From contig JAFUFH010000036.1 in NCBI GenBank assembly GCA_017470005.1, positions 4,241 through 68,240 on the forward strand: 64,000 nucleotides of DNA, read 5' to 3'. Both the position numbers and the translations under genes were made by a program. Positions within the stretch are counted from its first letter, which is position 1, and the number at the start of each line of letters is the position of its first letter. The notes below the pieces were generated by a model. It was given only the letters and a program-made list of their open reading frames with translations, ran no database searches and had not been told where the DNA came from. This stretch comes from Bacilli bacterium. GTDB taxonomy: Bacteria > Bacillota_I > Bacilli_A > RFN20 > CAG-288. Below are positions 1-11,042 of the stretch, one piece after another.

Positions 1-599
1 ATGTAAGTATCAACGGCATCCATGAGTTCCATGATGCTCTTTTGAGCAGCTTCATCACCATTTAAGGCATTTAAAGCGGAACCTCTGATGACAGGGAGAT
101 CATCTCCGGGGAAGCCATAAGAGCTTAAGAGGTCACGAACATCCATTTCAACTAAGTCGATCAATTCGGGATCATCAACCATGTCGCACTTGTTGAGGAA
201 GACGACAATGTAAGGAACACCGACTTGACGGGCAAGTAAAACGTGTTCTCTGGTCTGAGGCATAACGCCATCAGTAGCAGCAACAACAAGGATAGCACCA
301 TCCATTTGGGCGGCACCAGTGATCATGTTCTTGATGTAGTCAGCGTGGCCAGGGCAGTCAACGTGAGTGTAATGTCTGCTAGCAGTATCGTATTCGATGT
401 GAGCAGCATTAATTGTGACACCTCTTGCCTTCTCTTCAGGAGCGGCATCAATCTGATCATAAGCCATAACTTGAGCTAAGCCAGCCTTAGCTAAAGTAGT
501 GGTGATAGCGGCAGTAAGAGTAGTTTTGCCGTGGTCGACGTGACCGATGGTACCGATATTAACATTCGGTTTGGAACGGTCGAATTTCTGTTTAGCCAT
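1..599 (-). CDS. tuf: Elongation factor Tu, N-terminal part (gene continues past the window start)
   Basis: The reverse complement from 599 reads [33 protein letters not shown]. It sits downstream of fusA in str-operon order. It is absent from the ORF track because no stop codon lies in the window. Confidence 0.95.
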   Translation of the reverse strand, partial: MAKQKFDRSKPNVNIGTIGHVDHGKTTLTAAITTTLAKAGLAQVMAYDQIDAAPEEKARGVTINAAHIEYDTASRHYTHVDCPGHADYIKNMITGAAQMDGAILVVAATDGVMPQTREHVLLARQVGVPYIVVFLNKCDMVDDPELIDLVEMDVRDLLSSYGFPGDDLPVIRGSALNALNGDEAAQKSIMELMDAVDTY

Positions 600-679
600 A
601 ATTTTTTGTTTTCCTCCAAAATTAGATTCTTAATGACTATACACTTTTGTTATGAATTTTTCAAGCAAAGAGGAGTGTA

Positions 680-2809
680 TTAACCTCTCTTCTTAATAAT
701 TTCTTCTTGAACGTTGCGAGGAACTTTCTGATAATGGTCGAATTCCATGGAGTAGATACCTCTACCCTGAGTCATGGCTCTCAAATCAGAAATGTATCCG
801 AACATATTTGCAAGAGGAATCTTGGCGGTGATGACTTGGGCATTTGCCTTTTGAATCATACCATCCACAGTTCCACGTCTAGAAGAAACATCACCCATAA
901 CGGTACCCACATAATCTAACGGACATGTGATATCAGCTTTAACCACAGGTTCGAGGATGACAGGGGTACACTTCTTGGCGGCCTCTTTCAAAGCGAGAGC
1001 AGAAGCGAGCTTGTAAGCAGCTTCAGAGGAGTCAACATCGTGGTATGAACCAAAGACCAAAGTGGCTTTGACATCGATGACAGGATAGCCAGCAATCATA
1101 CCTCTTTGTAAGGCATCCTTCAAACCGTCCAAAGAAGGTTTGATGTATTCCTTGGGGATGACACCACCAGTGATTTGTTCACCGATTTCAATACCCTTAC
1201 CAGGGTTGGGTTCCATTCTGAAGACAACGTGACCATATTGACCATGACCACCGGATTGCTTGATGTATTTACCTTCGCAATCACCAGTGCCTTCAATGGT
1301 TTCTCTGTAAGCGACTTGAGGAGCACCGACTCTAACTTCGATGCCGAAATCGTTTTTCAATCTGGTAACGTTAACATCTAACTGAAGTTCACCGACACCG
1401 GCAATGATGCCTTGGCCAGTTTCTTCATCCGTATAATAACGGAAAGTAGGATCTTCTTCTGTGAACTTGATGAGAGTAGCGGCCATCTTATCTTGGTCAC
1501 CCTTCTTGACAGGTTCAATAGCTTCAGAGATGACAGGTTCTTGGAACTTGATGGCTTCCAAAGTGACCTTAGGATCTCCATCGCCAACAAGAGTATCACC
1601 AGTTCTAGTGGAAGAGAAGCCGACAGCGGCAGCAATTTCACCAGCCTTACATTCGGTGATGTTCTCGTGAGAATCGGCGTTGACCAATTCCAATCTAGAG
1701 ACTCTTTCCTTAGTGCCTTTTCTTACGTTATAAACATAAGAACCAGACTTTAAGGTACCAGAGTAAACTCTGAAGAAGCAGAGAGTACCAAATTGGTCAG
1801 TGGTAAGCTTGAAGGCTAAGGCAACGAAAGGAGCCTTAGGATCAGGATTGAGAACTAATTCTTCTCCATCTTCGGTGTGAGCCACAGGGGCGGGAACATC
1901 CAAAGGAGAGGGTAAGTAATCTCTGACAGCATCCAAGATATATTGGACACCTTTGTTCTTGTAAGCAGAACCAGGGATAGTGGGGAAAATTTGACCAGCG
2001 ATGACTTGTTTTCTCAAAGCGGCTTTGACTTCTGCCACAGTGGGTTCTTCTTCCATGAGAACCTTTTCCATGATGGTATCATCATGTTCAGCTAAAGCTT
2101 CAATCAACATTTGACGATAGACTTTGGCTTGTTCAACATCGTGAGAGAATTCGACAGGAACTTGGTCTAATTCGACGATGTTAGGTTGCATCTTTTCGCT
2201 GACCTTAGGATCTTTATCCCAAAGCCAAGCTTTCATTTCGACTAAGTCGATAAGTCCTAACAAGGTTTGAGAGATACCGACAGGGTAGGCCATAGCCACA
2301 CCATTGGCACCTAATCTTTCCTTGATGGAAGCGACAGACATTTCATAGTCGGCACCAGTAGCATCGAGTTTGTTAACAAAGACGATACGAGGAACGTTGT
2401 ATTTATCTGCTTGTCTCCAAACGGTTTCGGTTTGGGGTTCGACACCATTCTTACCATCGAGAACGCAAACTGCGCCATCGAGAACACGAAGAGATCTTTC
2501 CACTTCAGCGGTGAAGTCGACGTGACCAGGGGTGTCGATTAAATTGATACGGATATCCTTCCAGATACAGGTAGTAGCAGCAGAATAAATGGTGATACCA
2601 CGCTTCTGTTCCTGTTCGTTGAAGTCCATTGCGGAAGCACCGTCATGGGTTTCACCGATCTTATGGGTCTTACCAGTATAGAAGAGGATGCGCTCACTAG
2701 TTGTTGTTTTACCGGCATCGATGTGAGCCATAATACCGATATTTCTGACATTTTCAAGTGGGACTGCTTTGTAGAGAGCAACTCTCGCTTGATCGTTATC
2801 CATAGCCAT
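680..2809 (-). CDS. fusA: Elongation factor G
   Basis: 709 aa with the G-domain motifs AHIDAGKTT and DTPGHVDF. It follows rpsG in the str operon. Some usually conserved positions are diverged (for example [20 protein letters not shown]). Confidence 0.95.
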   Translation of the reverse strand: MAMDNDQARVALYKAVPLENVRNIGIMAHIDAGKTTTSERILFYTGKTHKIGETHDGASAMDFNEQEQKRGITIYSAATTCIWKDIRINLIDTPGHVDFTAEVERSLRVLDGAVCVLDGKNGVEPQTETVWRQADKYNVPRIVFVNKLDATGADYEMSVASIKERLGANGVAMAYPVGISQTLLGLIDLVEMKAWLWDKDPKVSEKMQPNIVELDQVPVEFSHDVEQAKVYRQMLIEALAEHDDTIMEKVLMEEEPTVAEVKAALRKQVIAGQIFPTIPGSAYKNKGVQYILDAVRDYLPSPLDVPAPVAHTEDGEELVLNPDPKAPFVALAFKLTTDQFGTLCFFRVYSGTLKSGSYVYNVRKGTKERVSRLELVNADSHENITECKAGEIAAAVGFSSTRTGDTLVGDGDPKVTLEAIKFQEPVISEAIEPVKKGDQDKMAATLIKFTEEDPTFRYYTDEETGQGIIAGVGELQLDVNVTRLKNDFGIEVRVGAPQVAYRETIEGTGDCEGKYIKQSGGHGQYGHVVFRMEPNPGKGIEIGEQITGGVIPKEYIKPSLDGLKDALQRGMIAGYPVIDVKATLVFGSYHDVDSSEAAYKLASALALKEAAKKCTPVILEPVVKADITCPLDYVGTVMGDVSSRRGTVDGMIQKANAQVITAKIPLANMFGYISDLRAMTQGRGIYSMEFDHYQKVPRNVQEEIIKKRG

Positions 2810-2849
2810 GGGCTGTTTCTCCTTTTATGTGGGAATTTCTAAAACGAAA

Positions 2850-3323
2850 TTACCAACGATAGTGTGCATAAGCTTGGTTGGCTTGAGCACTCTTATGCAT
2901 ATCATCTCTTCTCTTGACAGCACCACCAGTGCCGTTAGCAGCATCGATGATTTCGCCAGCAAGTTTGTCAGTCATGGTCTTTTCATTTCTCAATCTGGAG
3001 AAAGTGACTAACCATCTGAGGCCTAAAGTGACCTTTCTTTCAGGGCTGACTTCAATCGGGACTTGAAGGTTGGAAGCGCCAACTCTTCTACCCTTTAATT
3101 CGACATCAGGCATGATGTTGCCTAAGGCGATTTCGAAGACTTCAAGAGCGGGTTTGCCGGTCTTGGCTTCGACTTTTTCGAAAGCACCATATAAGATGGT
3201 TTGAGCAGTGCCCTTCTTACCATCTAACATGATACGGTTGATCAATCTGGTAACTAACTTAGAGTTATAGATAGGATCGGGTAAAACATCTCTTTTTTGT
3301 ACTGAACCGTTCTTTCTAGGCAT
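2850..3323 (-). CDS. rpsG: 30S ribosomal protein S7
   Basis: 157 aa starting [29 protein letters not shown], which is typical of S7. It sits between rpsL and fusA. Confidence 0.95.
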   Translation of the reverse strand: MPRKNGSVQKRDVLPDPIYNSKLVTRLINRIMLDGKKGTAQTILYGAFEKVEAKTGKPALEVFEIALGNIMPDVELKGRRVGASNLQVPIEVSPERKVTLGLRWLVTFSRLRNEKTMTDKLAGEIIDAANGTGGAVKRRDDMHKSAQANQAYAHYRW

Positions 3324-3337
3324 TGTAGTTACACTCC

Positions 3338-3763
3338 TTACTTCTTCTGGATGCTTCCATCTTTCTTAGTTCCGTATAAGGATCTACCCTGTTTACGGTT
3401 CTCGACGCCAAAGCATTCCATAGCGCCTCTGATGATGTGATATCTGACACCAGGTAAGTCTCTAACACGACCACCACGGATCAAAACCACTTTGTGCTCC
3501 TGAAGGTTATGACCTTCACCACCGATGTAGGCAGTGACTTCATAGCCATTGGAGAGTCTAACTCTGGCGTATTTACGAGCAGCAGAGTTAGGTTTTTTAG
3601 GAGTCATGGTACCAACACGGGTACAGACACCTTTCTTTTGAGGAGCGCTGATAGTGCGTTCCTTCTTGTTAAGAGAATCCCATCTCTTACCGAGAGCAGG
3701 AGCCTTGGATTTGTAAAGAGGCTTTTCTCTCTCGTTTCTGACCAACTGATTAATAGTAGGCAT
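3338..3763 (-). CDS. rpsL: 30S ribosomal protein S12
   Basis: 141 aa starting MPTINQLVR and containing PKKPNSA.RK, which is typical of S12. Confidence 0.95.
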   Translation of the reverse strand: MPTINQLVRNEREKPLYKSKAPALGKRWDSLNKKERTISAPQKKGVCTRVGTMTPKKPNSAARKYARVRLSNGYEVTAYIGGEGHNLQEHKVVLIRGGRVRDLPGVRYHIIRGAMECFGVENRKQGRSLYGTKKDGSIQKK

Positions 3764-3876
3764 TTTTTTCCTCCCGGATCATTAAATTTGTATAAAGTTC
3801 CTATTGCACACAACCCCGGGTGTTTCCTGCTCTTCCCATAAAAAGAGCGGGCTTAGCCCGTAATTGCAGCGTGAAG

Positions 3877-3905
3877 ATTATAGACTATACAAACTCGTGT
3901 GTCAA
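3877..3905 (-). promoter_or_regulatory. Sigma-70-type promoter of the str operon: TTGACA, 17-nt spacer, TATAAT
   Basis: The minus strand reads TTGACA (3905..3900), a 17-nt spacer, then TATAAT (3882..3877). It lies ~115 nt upstream of the rpsL start codon. Confidence 0.7.
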
Positions 3906-4004
3906 AGGATTTTTTACTTTTTTTGAAACGCCCGGGTTCGTGTGCATAAAACTCTTAGCTTTTCCGTGATGAAATAACAATCTCAAAATATGTGGTGAAC
4001 CCTG

Positions 4005-4424
4005 TTATTGTAATTGTTTCTTCATCCAAATATGAGGGCAATACTCTTCATAACCCACCTCACCAAAGGCAGAGAACCCTACTTCTTCATAAAAGGGAAT
4101 CGCTTGGACTTGAGAATGTAAATAAACCTCTGTAGCACCCATTTCTTTGGCTACTTCACAAGCTTTTTTCACCATTTCTAACCCGATGCCTTTTCCTCTA
4201 TATGGCTTTCTAACAGCAAATCTACCCACTTTATATCTTTGCTCTTTTTCATCATAGAAAACGCGGGCAACCGCAATGGGTGTTCCGTTTTCATAAGCAA
4301 CTAAATGGGTAGCATAGGAATCGATGCCATCAAATTCATCACAAAAATGTTGTTCCTCTACAAACACTTCCTTTCGAATGAGAACGACATCATTTGTCAT
4401 GTTTTGGAATTCCAATATTTTCAT
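4005..4424 (-). CDS. GNAT family N-acetyltransferase
   Basis: 139 aa with an acetyl-CoA binding-type motif (RKPYRGKGIGLEMV) and a GNAT fold pattern. Its start abuts the uvrB stop. Confidence 0.8.
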   Translation of the reverse strand: MKILEFQNMTNDVVLIRKEVFVEEQHFCDEFDGIDSYATHLVAYENGTPIAVARVFYDEKEQRYKVGRFAVRKPYRGKGIGLEMVKKACEVAKEMGATEVYLHSQVQAIPFYEEVGFSAFGEVGYEEYCPHIWMKKQLQ

Positions 4425-6412
4425 TATAACTGTGCTTTTAATTCTAATATTTGATCACGCAACTGTGCTGCTTCTTCAAAATCCAACGCTTTTGCTGCAC
4501 GGTTCATTTCGGAAGTGAGATTCTTGATCATCAATTGAATCTGTTTGGTAGTCATCTTTCCTTGATCTTGTTTCTTGCTTCTCTTAGCATTTTCATCATC
4601 TATCATATGTATAGGAGGAGTGATGTTTTTAATGATAGTCTTAGGAGTGATTCCATGTTCTTCGTTATATTGTTGTTGGATTCTTCTCCTACGTTTGGTT
4701 TCTTCAATTGTGATCTTCATTCCATCGGAAATCTCATCACAATACATGATGACTTTACCTTGTGCGTTTCTAGCAGCGCGTCCCGCGATTTGAGTCAAGG
4801 ATCTCGCACTTCTTAAAAAGCCTTCTCTATCCGCATCTAAAATAGCAATAAGAGAGACTTCTGGAATATCTAAACCTTCTCTCAATAAATTGATACCTAC
4901 TAAGACATCATAGATACCTTTTCTTAATTTATAAATAATTTCGGTTCTTTGAAGAGTAAGAATTTCATGTTGCAAATAAGCCACTTTCAAATCATGAGCT
5001 TTAAAGAAGTCGGTGAGATTCTCAGCATCTTTCACCGTTAAAGTAACTACTAGTACTCTCTCATTCTTCTCAATTCTCTGTTTGATTTCTTCCATCAAAT
5101 CATAGACAGGGTTATTGGTGTTAAATCTAACTTCAATCACAGGGTCTAATAAACCAGTAGGACGAATGATTTGTTCTACTACCTTATTATCTACTTGGGC
5201 TAATTCATAATCACCAGGAGTGGCAGAAGTACAGATGACGTGATTGATTTTCTTTTCAAATTCTTCAAATCTTAAAGGTCTATTATCTAAAGCGGAAGGC
5301 AATCTAAATCCATAATTGACTAAAGTTTCTTTTCTGCTTCTATCTCCATGATACATTCCTCCAATTTGAGGAATAGAGACATGACTTTCATCAATGAACA
5401 ATAAAAAGTCTTTCGGTAAGTAATCAAACAGGGTATAAGGAGTCTCTCCTTCTTTTCTTCCATCAAAATGCCTTGCGTAATTTTCAATACCAGAGCACAT
5501 TCCAAATTCAGATAAAGAATCTAAATCATGTTCGGTTCTTTGTTTTAATCTTTCACTTTCCAAATACATTCCTTGCTGATCAAAGTAAGAGAGTCTCTCA
5601 TATAATTCTTCTTTGATGGTTTCACAAGCTCTTTTGATTCTTGCTAAACCAGATGCGTGCTCATGGGCAGGGAAGAAAGGATAATAATCTAATGTGTGCA
5701 AGACTTCTCCTGTAGTAGGAGTGACTTGATCAATTTCAGAGATTTCATCAAAATCCGAATAAACACGAATAAAGAAGTTATCTCCGTTGGGAGGATAAAT
5801 ATCCATCACATCTCCCTTGATAGAGAAAGTGCCTGGCTGAAGATCCATATCATTTCTTTTGTATTGAGCAATAATGAGTTTTTCTGCAATATCATGGGGA
5901 TTAAAAGGTTCTCCTACATGAAGAGTAAAAGCAAGGTCACGATATTCTTCTGGATCACTCAAACCATAAATGGCAGCGACAGAACAAACAACAATCGTGT
6001 CTTTTCTTTCTAATAAAGAATTGACTGCACTGGCTCTCATCATCTCAATTTCGTCGTTCATTACAACTTGTTTATCGATGTAAGTGTCTGTCTTAGGAAT
6101 ATATGCTTCCGGTTGATAAAAATCAAAATTGGAAATGAAATATTCGACTCTATTATGTGGGAACAATTCTTTAAATTCCCCATAAAGTTGAGCTGCTAAT
6201 GTCTTGTTGTGAACCAATACCATCGTTGTCCTTTGTAAGCATTGAATAATATTGGCCATCGTAAAAGTTTTACCGGTACCCGTTGCACCTTGTAACACTT
6301 GCCATTTCTTGCCTTCTTCTACCCCTTTGACAAGACGATCAATTGCTTGTGGCTGATCTCCTGTGGGAGAAAAGGAACTCACTAGTTCAAAAGGATGTTC
6401 GTTATCTGTCAT
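4424..6412 (-). CDS. uvrB: Excinuclease ABC subunit B
   Basis: 662 aa with Walker A GATGTGKT, helicase motifs, and a C-terminal UVR domain (ALDFEEAAQLRDQI). Confidence 0.95.
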   Translation of the reverse strand: MTDNEHPFELVSSFSPTGDQPQAIDRLVKGVEEGKKWQVLQGATGTGKTFTMANIIQCLQRTTMVLVHNKTLAAQLYGEFKELFPHNRVEYFISNFDFYQPEAYIPKTDTYIDKQVVMNDEIEMMRASAVNSLLERKDTIVVCSVAAIYGLSDPEEYRDLAFTLHVGEPFNPHDIAEKLIIAQYKRNDMDLQPGTFSIKGDVMDIYPPNGDNFFIRVYSDFDEISEIDQVTPTTGEVLHTLDYYPFFPAHEHASGLARIKRACETIKEELYERLSYFDQQGMYLESERLKQRTEHDLDSLSEFGMCSGIENYARHFDGRKEGETPYTLFDYLPKDFLLFIDESHVSIPQIGGMYHGDRSRKETLVNYGFRLPSALDNRPLRFEEFEKKINHVICTSATPGDYELAQVDNKVVEQIIRPTGLLDPVIEVRFNTNNPVYDLMEEIKQRIEKNERVLVVTLTVKDAENLTDFFKAHDLKVAYLQHEILTLQRTEIIYKLRKGIYDVLVGINLLREGLDIPEVSLIAILDADREGFLRSARSLTQIAGRAARNAQGKVIMYCDEISDGMKITIEETKRRRRIQQQYNEEHGITPKTIIKNITPPIHMIDDENAKRSKKQDQGKMTTKQIQLMIKNLTSEMNRAAKALDFEEAAQLRDQILELKAQL

Positions 6413-7902
6413 AAGTTCTCCATCGCATAATCATATACTTTTTGATATCTATCCAAATATTGGTCAAAACACTCTTTGGTGAATTTATTATTGAGCTCTT
6501 TCTTTACTTTCCCATCATCTTGATAAGGATCTTTATAAGAGAGATCTCCGTATTTTTCCGCTAGATGATTTCCATAAGCTTCGATTGCATCTAAGAAATG
6601 ATAATCTTTTCCATAAGAAACTGGATAATCGGAAGGATACATATAATTCATACATTTTAGGAAATGATCTTGCACAACTTCACTCACCCCTAAGGAAGAA
6701 GTGAAATCCGCAATACTGTTTAAAAATTGAAAATCTTCAGGGTATGTGACATCTGGGATAATTCCTTTCCCATGGATACACATCTTTTTATCACTATCTT
6801 TTCCTTCTTCATACATGGTTTCGTTTTCTCTTTCCGGTCCATAAATATAAGCCGAAGTATAACGAACTACAGAGCCATCAGAGAAGGTTTTAAATTCTTG
6901 TGCAATTCCTTTACCATAAGTTTTGAACCCATAAATCTTGGCATTTGCTCCCGCTCTTAAGGCTAAAGCAAATACTTCAGTAGCAGAGGCGCTGCTAGAA
7001 TCCGTGATAAAAGAGTATTGGGGAATTTGGAAAAGAGGATCTTTTTGTTGACGATAAGATTCCTTCACCTTTCCGTTTTTATCGACCATCTCATAAATGA
7101 GAGTATCTTTTTTTACAAATAAAGAAGCGGCTTCCGCGGCTTGATTTAAATATCCACCACCATTCCCTCTCACATCAAAAACAAGATGTTGAATTTGATC
7201 TTTATAAGTTCCAATCACACCTTGAAGTGCAGAAGTTGGATTTCCTAAAAAAGTAGAGATTTTAATGACCATTGTGTTTTGATTGGAAGAGGTAGGTGTT
7301 TGTAACACCGATATGACATCTCTTGAATAAGAACCTCTTGTCATCGTGATAGAGAGAGGTTCATTACCTCTTTTCCCTTCAAAGGTAAATTTTGTGGTCG
7401 TATCTTGAACAGAGGAGAGCTTTTCGTGGATTTCTGTCTGATTATGCACTTTAAAATCAAAATATTCTTGATTCTGTACCGTGACACCATATAAGACATC
7501 TCCTACCTTCAATCCAGCCACTCTTGCTGGAGAAGAATCAAAGACATCGGTGATATAAATGCCACCATCGTAAGGTCTTGAATAGAAACCAAAACCTTTT
7601 CCATCGGTAGAAAGGCCTTGTTCCTCTGTTGTTTTTGTATAGAACGTAAAAGGATCAGAGACAGATTGAGCCACAGCAGATATCAATCCAGAAGCAGCTA
7701 AATCTCCCATATATTGTTCTTCATTTCCAAATAACCATTCGTCTTTGAGCAATCGATACTCCTCAATCAGCTTTTGTTCTTCTTGGGTTGGGGAGAAAAC
7801 AGCTTTACCTAAAAGAACGCCTCCTCCTAAGCCAATCCCCGCACACAAAATGGCAGTGACAACAGAAGAGATGATTAGATTACGTTTTTGTTGATTATCC
7901 AT
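6409..7902 (-). CDS. S41 family C-terminal processing peptidase with N-terminal TM anchor and PDZ domain
   Basis: 497 aa with an N-terminal hydrophobic helix, a PDZ-like segment (GLKVGDVLYGV), and an S41-like core (DVRGNGGG, SASATE). It overlaps the uvrB start by 4 nt. Confidence 0.8.
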   Translation of the reverse strand: MDNQQKRNLIISSVVTAILCAGIGLGGGVLLGKAVFSPTQEEQKLIEEYRLLKDEWLFGNEEQYMGDLAASGLISAVAQSVSDPFTFYTKTTEEQGLSTDGKGFGFYSRPYDGGIYITDVFDSSPARVAGLKVGDVLYGVTVQNQEYFDFKVHNQTEIHEKLSSVQDTTTKFTFEGKRGNEPLSITMTRGSYSRDVISVLQTPTSSNQNTMVIKISTFLGNPTSALQGVIGTYKDQIQHLVFDVRGNGGGYLNQAAEAASLFVKKDTLIYEMVDKNGKVKESYRQQKDPLFQIPQYSFITDSSSASATEVFALALRAGANAKIYGFKTYGKGIAQEFKTFSDGSVVRYTSAYIYGPERENETMYEEGKDSDKKMCIHGKGIIPDVTYPEDFQFLNSIADFTSSLGVSEVVQDHFLKCMNYMYPSDYPVSYGKDYHFLDAIEAYGNHLAEKYGDLSYKDPYQDDGKVKKELNNKFTKECFDQYLDRYQKVYDYAMENL

Positions 7903-8111
7903 GCCTATTATTTTACCACTCTATACCTATATTTTGGGAGAAAAGACACATCCTTCTACACAAACAAGGATTGAAATAAATCTAAATGAAGGGATAAACA
8001 AAACACACCAAAAACAAATAGAAAACAAAATGTAATCGCTATCATTCTTGTTTTTGAGCGATTTAAAAATATTTTCTTGTTTTTTTCCACCATTCCTATA
8101 AAATATTAGCG

Positions 8112-8393
8112 AAAAGCACTGACGAGGAAGAGTACCTCAGCACCAACTGATAGAGAGTTCCGGACGGTGGAAGCGGAACAGTCAGGACTGAGCGAACATG
8201 GCCTCTGAGCAGAAACAGCGAAATCATAGTAGCTGTTTACGGGTATGCCCGTTATAGCAAATGAGTTTAGACGATTGAACTCTCCAAGGTCAAATAGGTG
8301 ACTATTTGATGAATTAAGGTGGTAACACGGGACAATATTGGGTCTCGTCCTTAACTGAAAACCAATGGTTCAGTTTTGGGCGAGACCTTTTTC
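8112..8393 (+). promoter_or_regulatory. T-box leader (probable Met specifier) with intrinsic terminator
   Basis: An AGAGA / GGTGGAA stem-I-like segment is present. The T-box sequence AATTAAGGTGGTAACACGGG lies at ~8311..8330. A terminator (GGTCTCGTCC...GGGCGAGACC plus a T-run) lies at 8341..8392. An ATG triplet at 8198..8200 sits in the presumed specifier region. The element lies immediately upstream of metN. Confidence 0.8.
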
Positions 8394-8415
8394 TTTTCTT
8401 GCCCTGGAGGTATGT

Positions 8416-9396
8416 ATGTCAACAATTCGAATTCAAAATTTATCCAAGAGATTTGAGGATAATCATCTCGTATTGGATAAAATCAATCTCAACATTGAAA
8501 AAGGAGATGTCTATGGCATCTTAGGTCTTTCCGGAGCCGGAAAATCCACCCTTGTCCGCTGTATCAACGGATTAGAGACCTTTGATGAAGGTGAAATCTA
8601 TTTCAACGATGAATTGCTCTGTTCCTCTACAAAGAAAATTGATCATAGTTATAGACGTCGCATCGGGATGATCTTCCAAAACTTCAACCTCCTCCAACAA
8701 AAGAACGTCCTTCAAAATGTCGCATTAGGATTAAAATTTGCACATGATGCCGATATGATTCAAAAAGCGAAAGAAGCCATCATTCGTGTTGGCTTACAAG
8801 ATAAGATGTACGCCTACCCTAGCCAACTCAGCGGTGGTCAACAACAGCGTGTCGCTATTGCAAGAACCCTCGCTTTAAACCCAGAAGTCATCTTATCGGA
8901 TGAGGCTACTAGCGCTCTTGATCCCGACACCACAAATTCTATCCTCGATCTTCTTTCTGAATTGAATAAAGATTATGGAATCACGATTGTGATGATCTCT
9001 CATCAAATGAATGCGATTGAAAGAATCTGTAACAAAGTCGCTATCATCTCCGATGGAACGATTGTAGAAGATGGTCCATTACAAGAAGTGTTCTTGAATC
9101 CTAAAGCGGATGTCGCAAAACAATTGATTTATTCTAGCCACATCCACACACAAATGAGTGATGAACAGTCGATTCGAATTCTCTTTGACGGAAATCTTGA
9201 TGAACCCATCATCGCTAACATTGTCAAAGATTGTGACGTATTAGTTTCTATCCTCTATGCAGACACCAAAATCGTCAAAGGAAAGGTTTATGGTCAAGTT
9301 CTTATCAAAGACCCTGAATCTTCTATCGAAAGCGATAAGGTCAAGCAATACTTGACTGCAAAAAATGTGAAATTTGAGGAGGTGAAACATGCTTAA
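8416..9396 (+). CDS. metN: Methionine ABC transporter ATP-binding protein
   Basis: Walker A GLSGAGKST, signature LSGGQQQR, and a C-terminal NIL-type domain. I moved the start to ATG 8416, which follows GGAGG at 8406. The track start at 8365 lies inside the T-box terminator. Confidence 0.9.
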   Translation: MSTIRIQNLSKRFEDNHLVLDKINLNIEKGDVYGILGLSGAGKSTLVRCINGLETFDEGEIYFNDELLCSSTKKIDHSYRRRIGMIFQNFNLLQQKNVLQNVALGLKFAHDADMIQKAKEAIIRVGLQDKMYAYPSQLSGGQQQRVAIARTLALNPEVILSDEATSALDPDTTNSILDLLSELNKDYGITIVMISHQMNAIERICNKVAIISDGTIVEDGPLQEVFLNPKADVAKQLIYSSHIHTQMSDEQSIRILFDGNLDEPIIANIVKDCDVLVSILYADTKIVKGKVYGQVLIKDPESSIESDKVKQYLTAKNVKFEEVKHA

Positions 9397-10090
9397 TCAT
9401 TTCTTCTTAGCAGATGTGAGTGCTGGTCAAATCTTCACAGGACTTGGCTACACCGTATTGATGACCTTTATTGCTACGATTGCTGCTTATCTCATCGGTC
9501 TTCCTCTAGGGGTTCTTCTCCATCTCACTTCGAAAAACGGAATGTTAGAAAATAAGCCTGTCAATTTAGTCTTAGGAATCATCGTTAATATTCTCAGAAG
9601 TGTTCCTTGCTTGATCCTTGTGGTCATCTGTATGCCTTGGACTAGAGCTTGGTTTGGAAGAGCTTCTGGAGAATGGTACACCATCTTGATTCCTCTTGTG
9701 ATGGCTACCTTCGCATTTGTGGCAAGAATTGTCGAACAATCTCTTGCGGAAGTTCCTGCCGGTGAAGTGGAAGCGGCTAGATCTTTGGGAGCCACGAACT
9801 TCCAAATCATCAAAAACGTCTTAATCCCAGAGAGTCGATCTGGTCTCATCACTGGATTTGTTGTCACTCTTGTCAATGTCATTGGATATACCTCCTTTGC
9901 TTACAATATCGGTGCGGGAGGTTTGATTGCGGATATCTGGACCTTCTATTCTAAAAACACCGCTGACTTCATGACACAATTTACCTTCTGGTTAATGATC
10001 ATTGTCGTTGTCGTTCTCGTCCAAGTGATTCAAGAGCTTGGCGCCTTAATTGCTAAATCTGTCGATCATAGAAGAAAATTTAAAAAATAA
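9389..10090 (+). CDS. metI: Methionine ABC transporter permease
   Basis: 233 aa multi-TM protein with an EAA-type loop (EAARSLGAT). It overlaps the metN end. Confidence 0.9.
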   Translation: MLNHFFLADVSAGQIFTGLGYTVLMTFIATIAAYLIGLPLGVLLHLTSKNGMLENKPVNLVLGIIVNILRSVPCLILVVICMPWTRAWFGRASGEWYTILIPLVMATFAFVARIVEQSLAEVPAGEVEAARSLGATNFQIIKNVLIPESRSGLITGFVVTLVNVIGYTSFAYNIGAGGLIADIWTFYSKNTADFMTQFTFWLMIIVVVVLVQVIQELGALIAKSVDHRRKFKK

Positions 10091-10111
10091 ATAAAGAAAG
10101 GAAACCTTACT

Positions 10112-10924
10112 ATGAAAAAGAATTTGTACTTATCCGTTTCCGTGTTGTTCGCTTCTGTTATTTCTCTTGCTGGTTGCGGTGCTGACCCCGCTAAGACAAT
10201 CACTGTCGCTGCCAGTGAAGATCCTCACGCTGTTGTCTTAAATAGTGATGCTGTTCAAAACTATGTCAAAGATAAAGGATATAGTTTAAATGTAAAAGTC
10301 ATTGACTGGACCATTCAAAACGATGGCGTTGCCAATGGGGATTATGATGCCAACTACTTCCAACATAGACCTTATCTTTTAGAATTCAACTCTGATTATT
10401 CTAAAGTTAAACCTCTCGCCACGGTTCACTTTGAACCTTTAAGACTCTACAAAGGAAAAGCTAGTGTCGCTTATACTGACCCTAATGCCACTTTTGAAAT
10501 CTGCGCTGATGTCTCTAACGAAATCCGTGCTTTAGACCTCTTAAAGAACGCAGGAATCATTGAAGATTATGAGTTAGATGATGATGGAAATCCTATCAAC
10601 CTTCCTTCTAGAATCAAACCTATCGATGAAAACCTCCTTGTTTCTTCTCTTCAAGATTATGATTACGCTGTTTTACCCGCCAACACTGCTTTGACTGGTA
10701 AATTAAGTGCGGATCTCACTCTTCCTGTAGAAGCAGATGATGTTGCTGACTTAAGAGCCAATGTTCTTGCTGTCAACACAGTAAAATACGATACAGACAC
10801 TGCTTATAAAGATAAAATCGATGTCCTTGTTGACGCTCTCTTACAAGAAAGTGTTGCTACATTCATCAACACAAGATACAACAACGTCATCAAACCGATT
10901 CAACAAGACTTAAGATCTAAGTAA
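10112..10924 (+). CDS. metQ: MetQ/NlpA family lipoprotein (methionine-binding)
   Basis: 270 aa with a signal peptide and lipobox LAGC. It is NlpA-like and is the third gene of the metNIQ cluster. Confidence 0.85.
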   Translation: MKKNLYLSVSVLFASVISLAGCGADPAKTITVAASEDPHAVVLNSDAVQNYVKDKGYSLNVKVIDWTIQNDGVANGDYDANYFQHRPYLLEFNSDYSKVKPLATVHFEPLRLYKGKASVAYTDPNATFEICADVSNEIRALDLLKNAGIIEDYELDDDGNPINLPSRIKPIDENLLVSSLQDYDYAVLPANTALTGKLSADLTLPVEADDVADLRANVLAVNTVKYDTDTAYKDKIDVLVDALLQESVATFINTRYNNVIKPIQQDLRSK

Positions 10925-10930
10925 TTCTCT

Positions 10931-10954
10931 AGGCCACAGCGATGTGGCCTTTTA
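10931..10954 (+). terminator. Rho-independent terminator after metQ
   Basis: AGGCCACA-GCGA-TGTGGCCT followed by TTTT. Confidence 0.75.
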
Positions 10955-11042
10955 AAGTATGCTCCAAAGTATACACTTTTTCCCTTTTCCTTGTAAAAAA
11001 ATCATAAGAGCCTATAATACGCCATTGTTGGAGGTTATTCTC

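Noticed and set aside
680-2809. Many 60-160-aa ORFs in the track lying antisense or out of frame inside fusA, uvrB, por, gyrB, gyrA, the ATPases, GH3 and the giant genes.
   Set aside because: They are fully embedded in long, well-supported genes. They have low-complexity or Ser/Leu-rich shadow-frame composition and lack RBSs, so I treat them as shadow ORFs.
8365-8415. The N-terminal extension of MetN given by the ORF track (MVQFWARPFSFLALEVC...).
   Set aside because: These codons lie inside the T-box terminator stem and its U-tract. A proper RBS (GGAGG) precedes the ATG at 8416, where the conserved ABC N-terminus starts.
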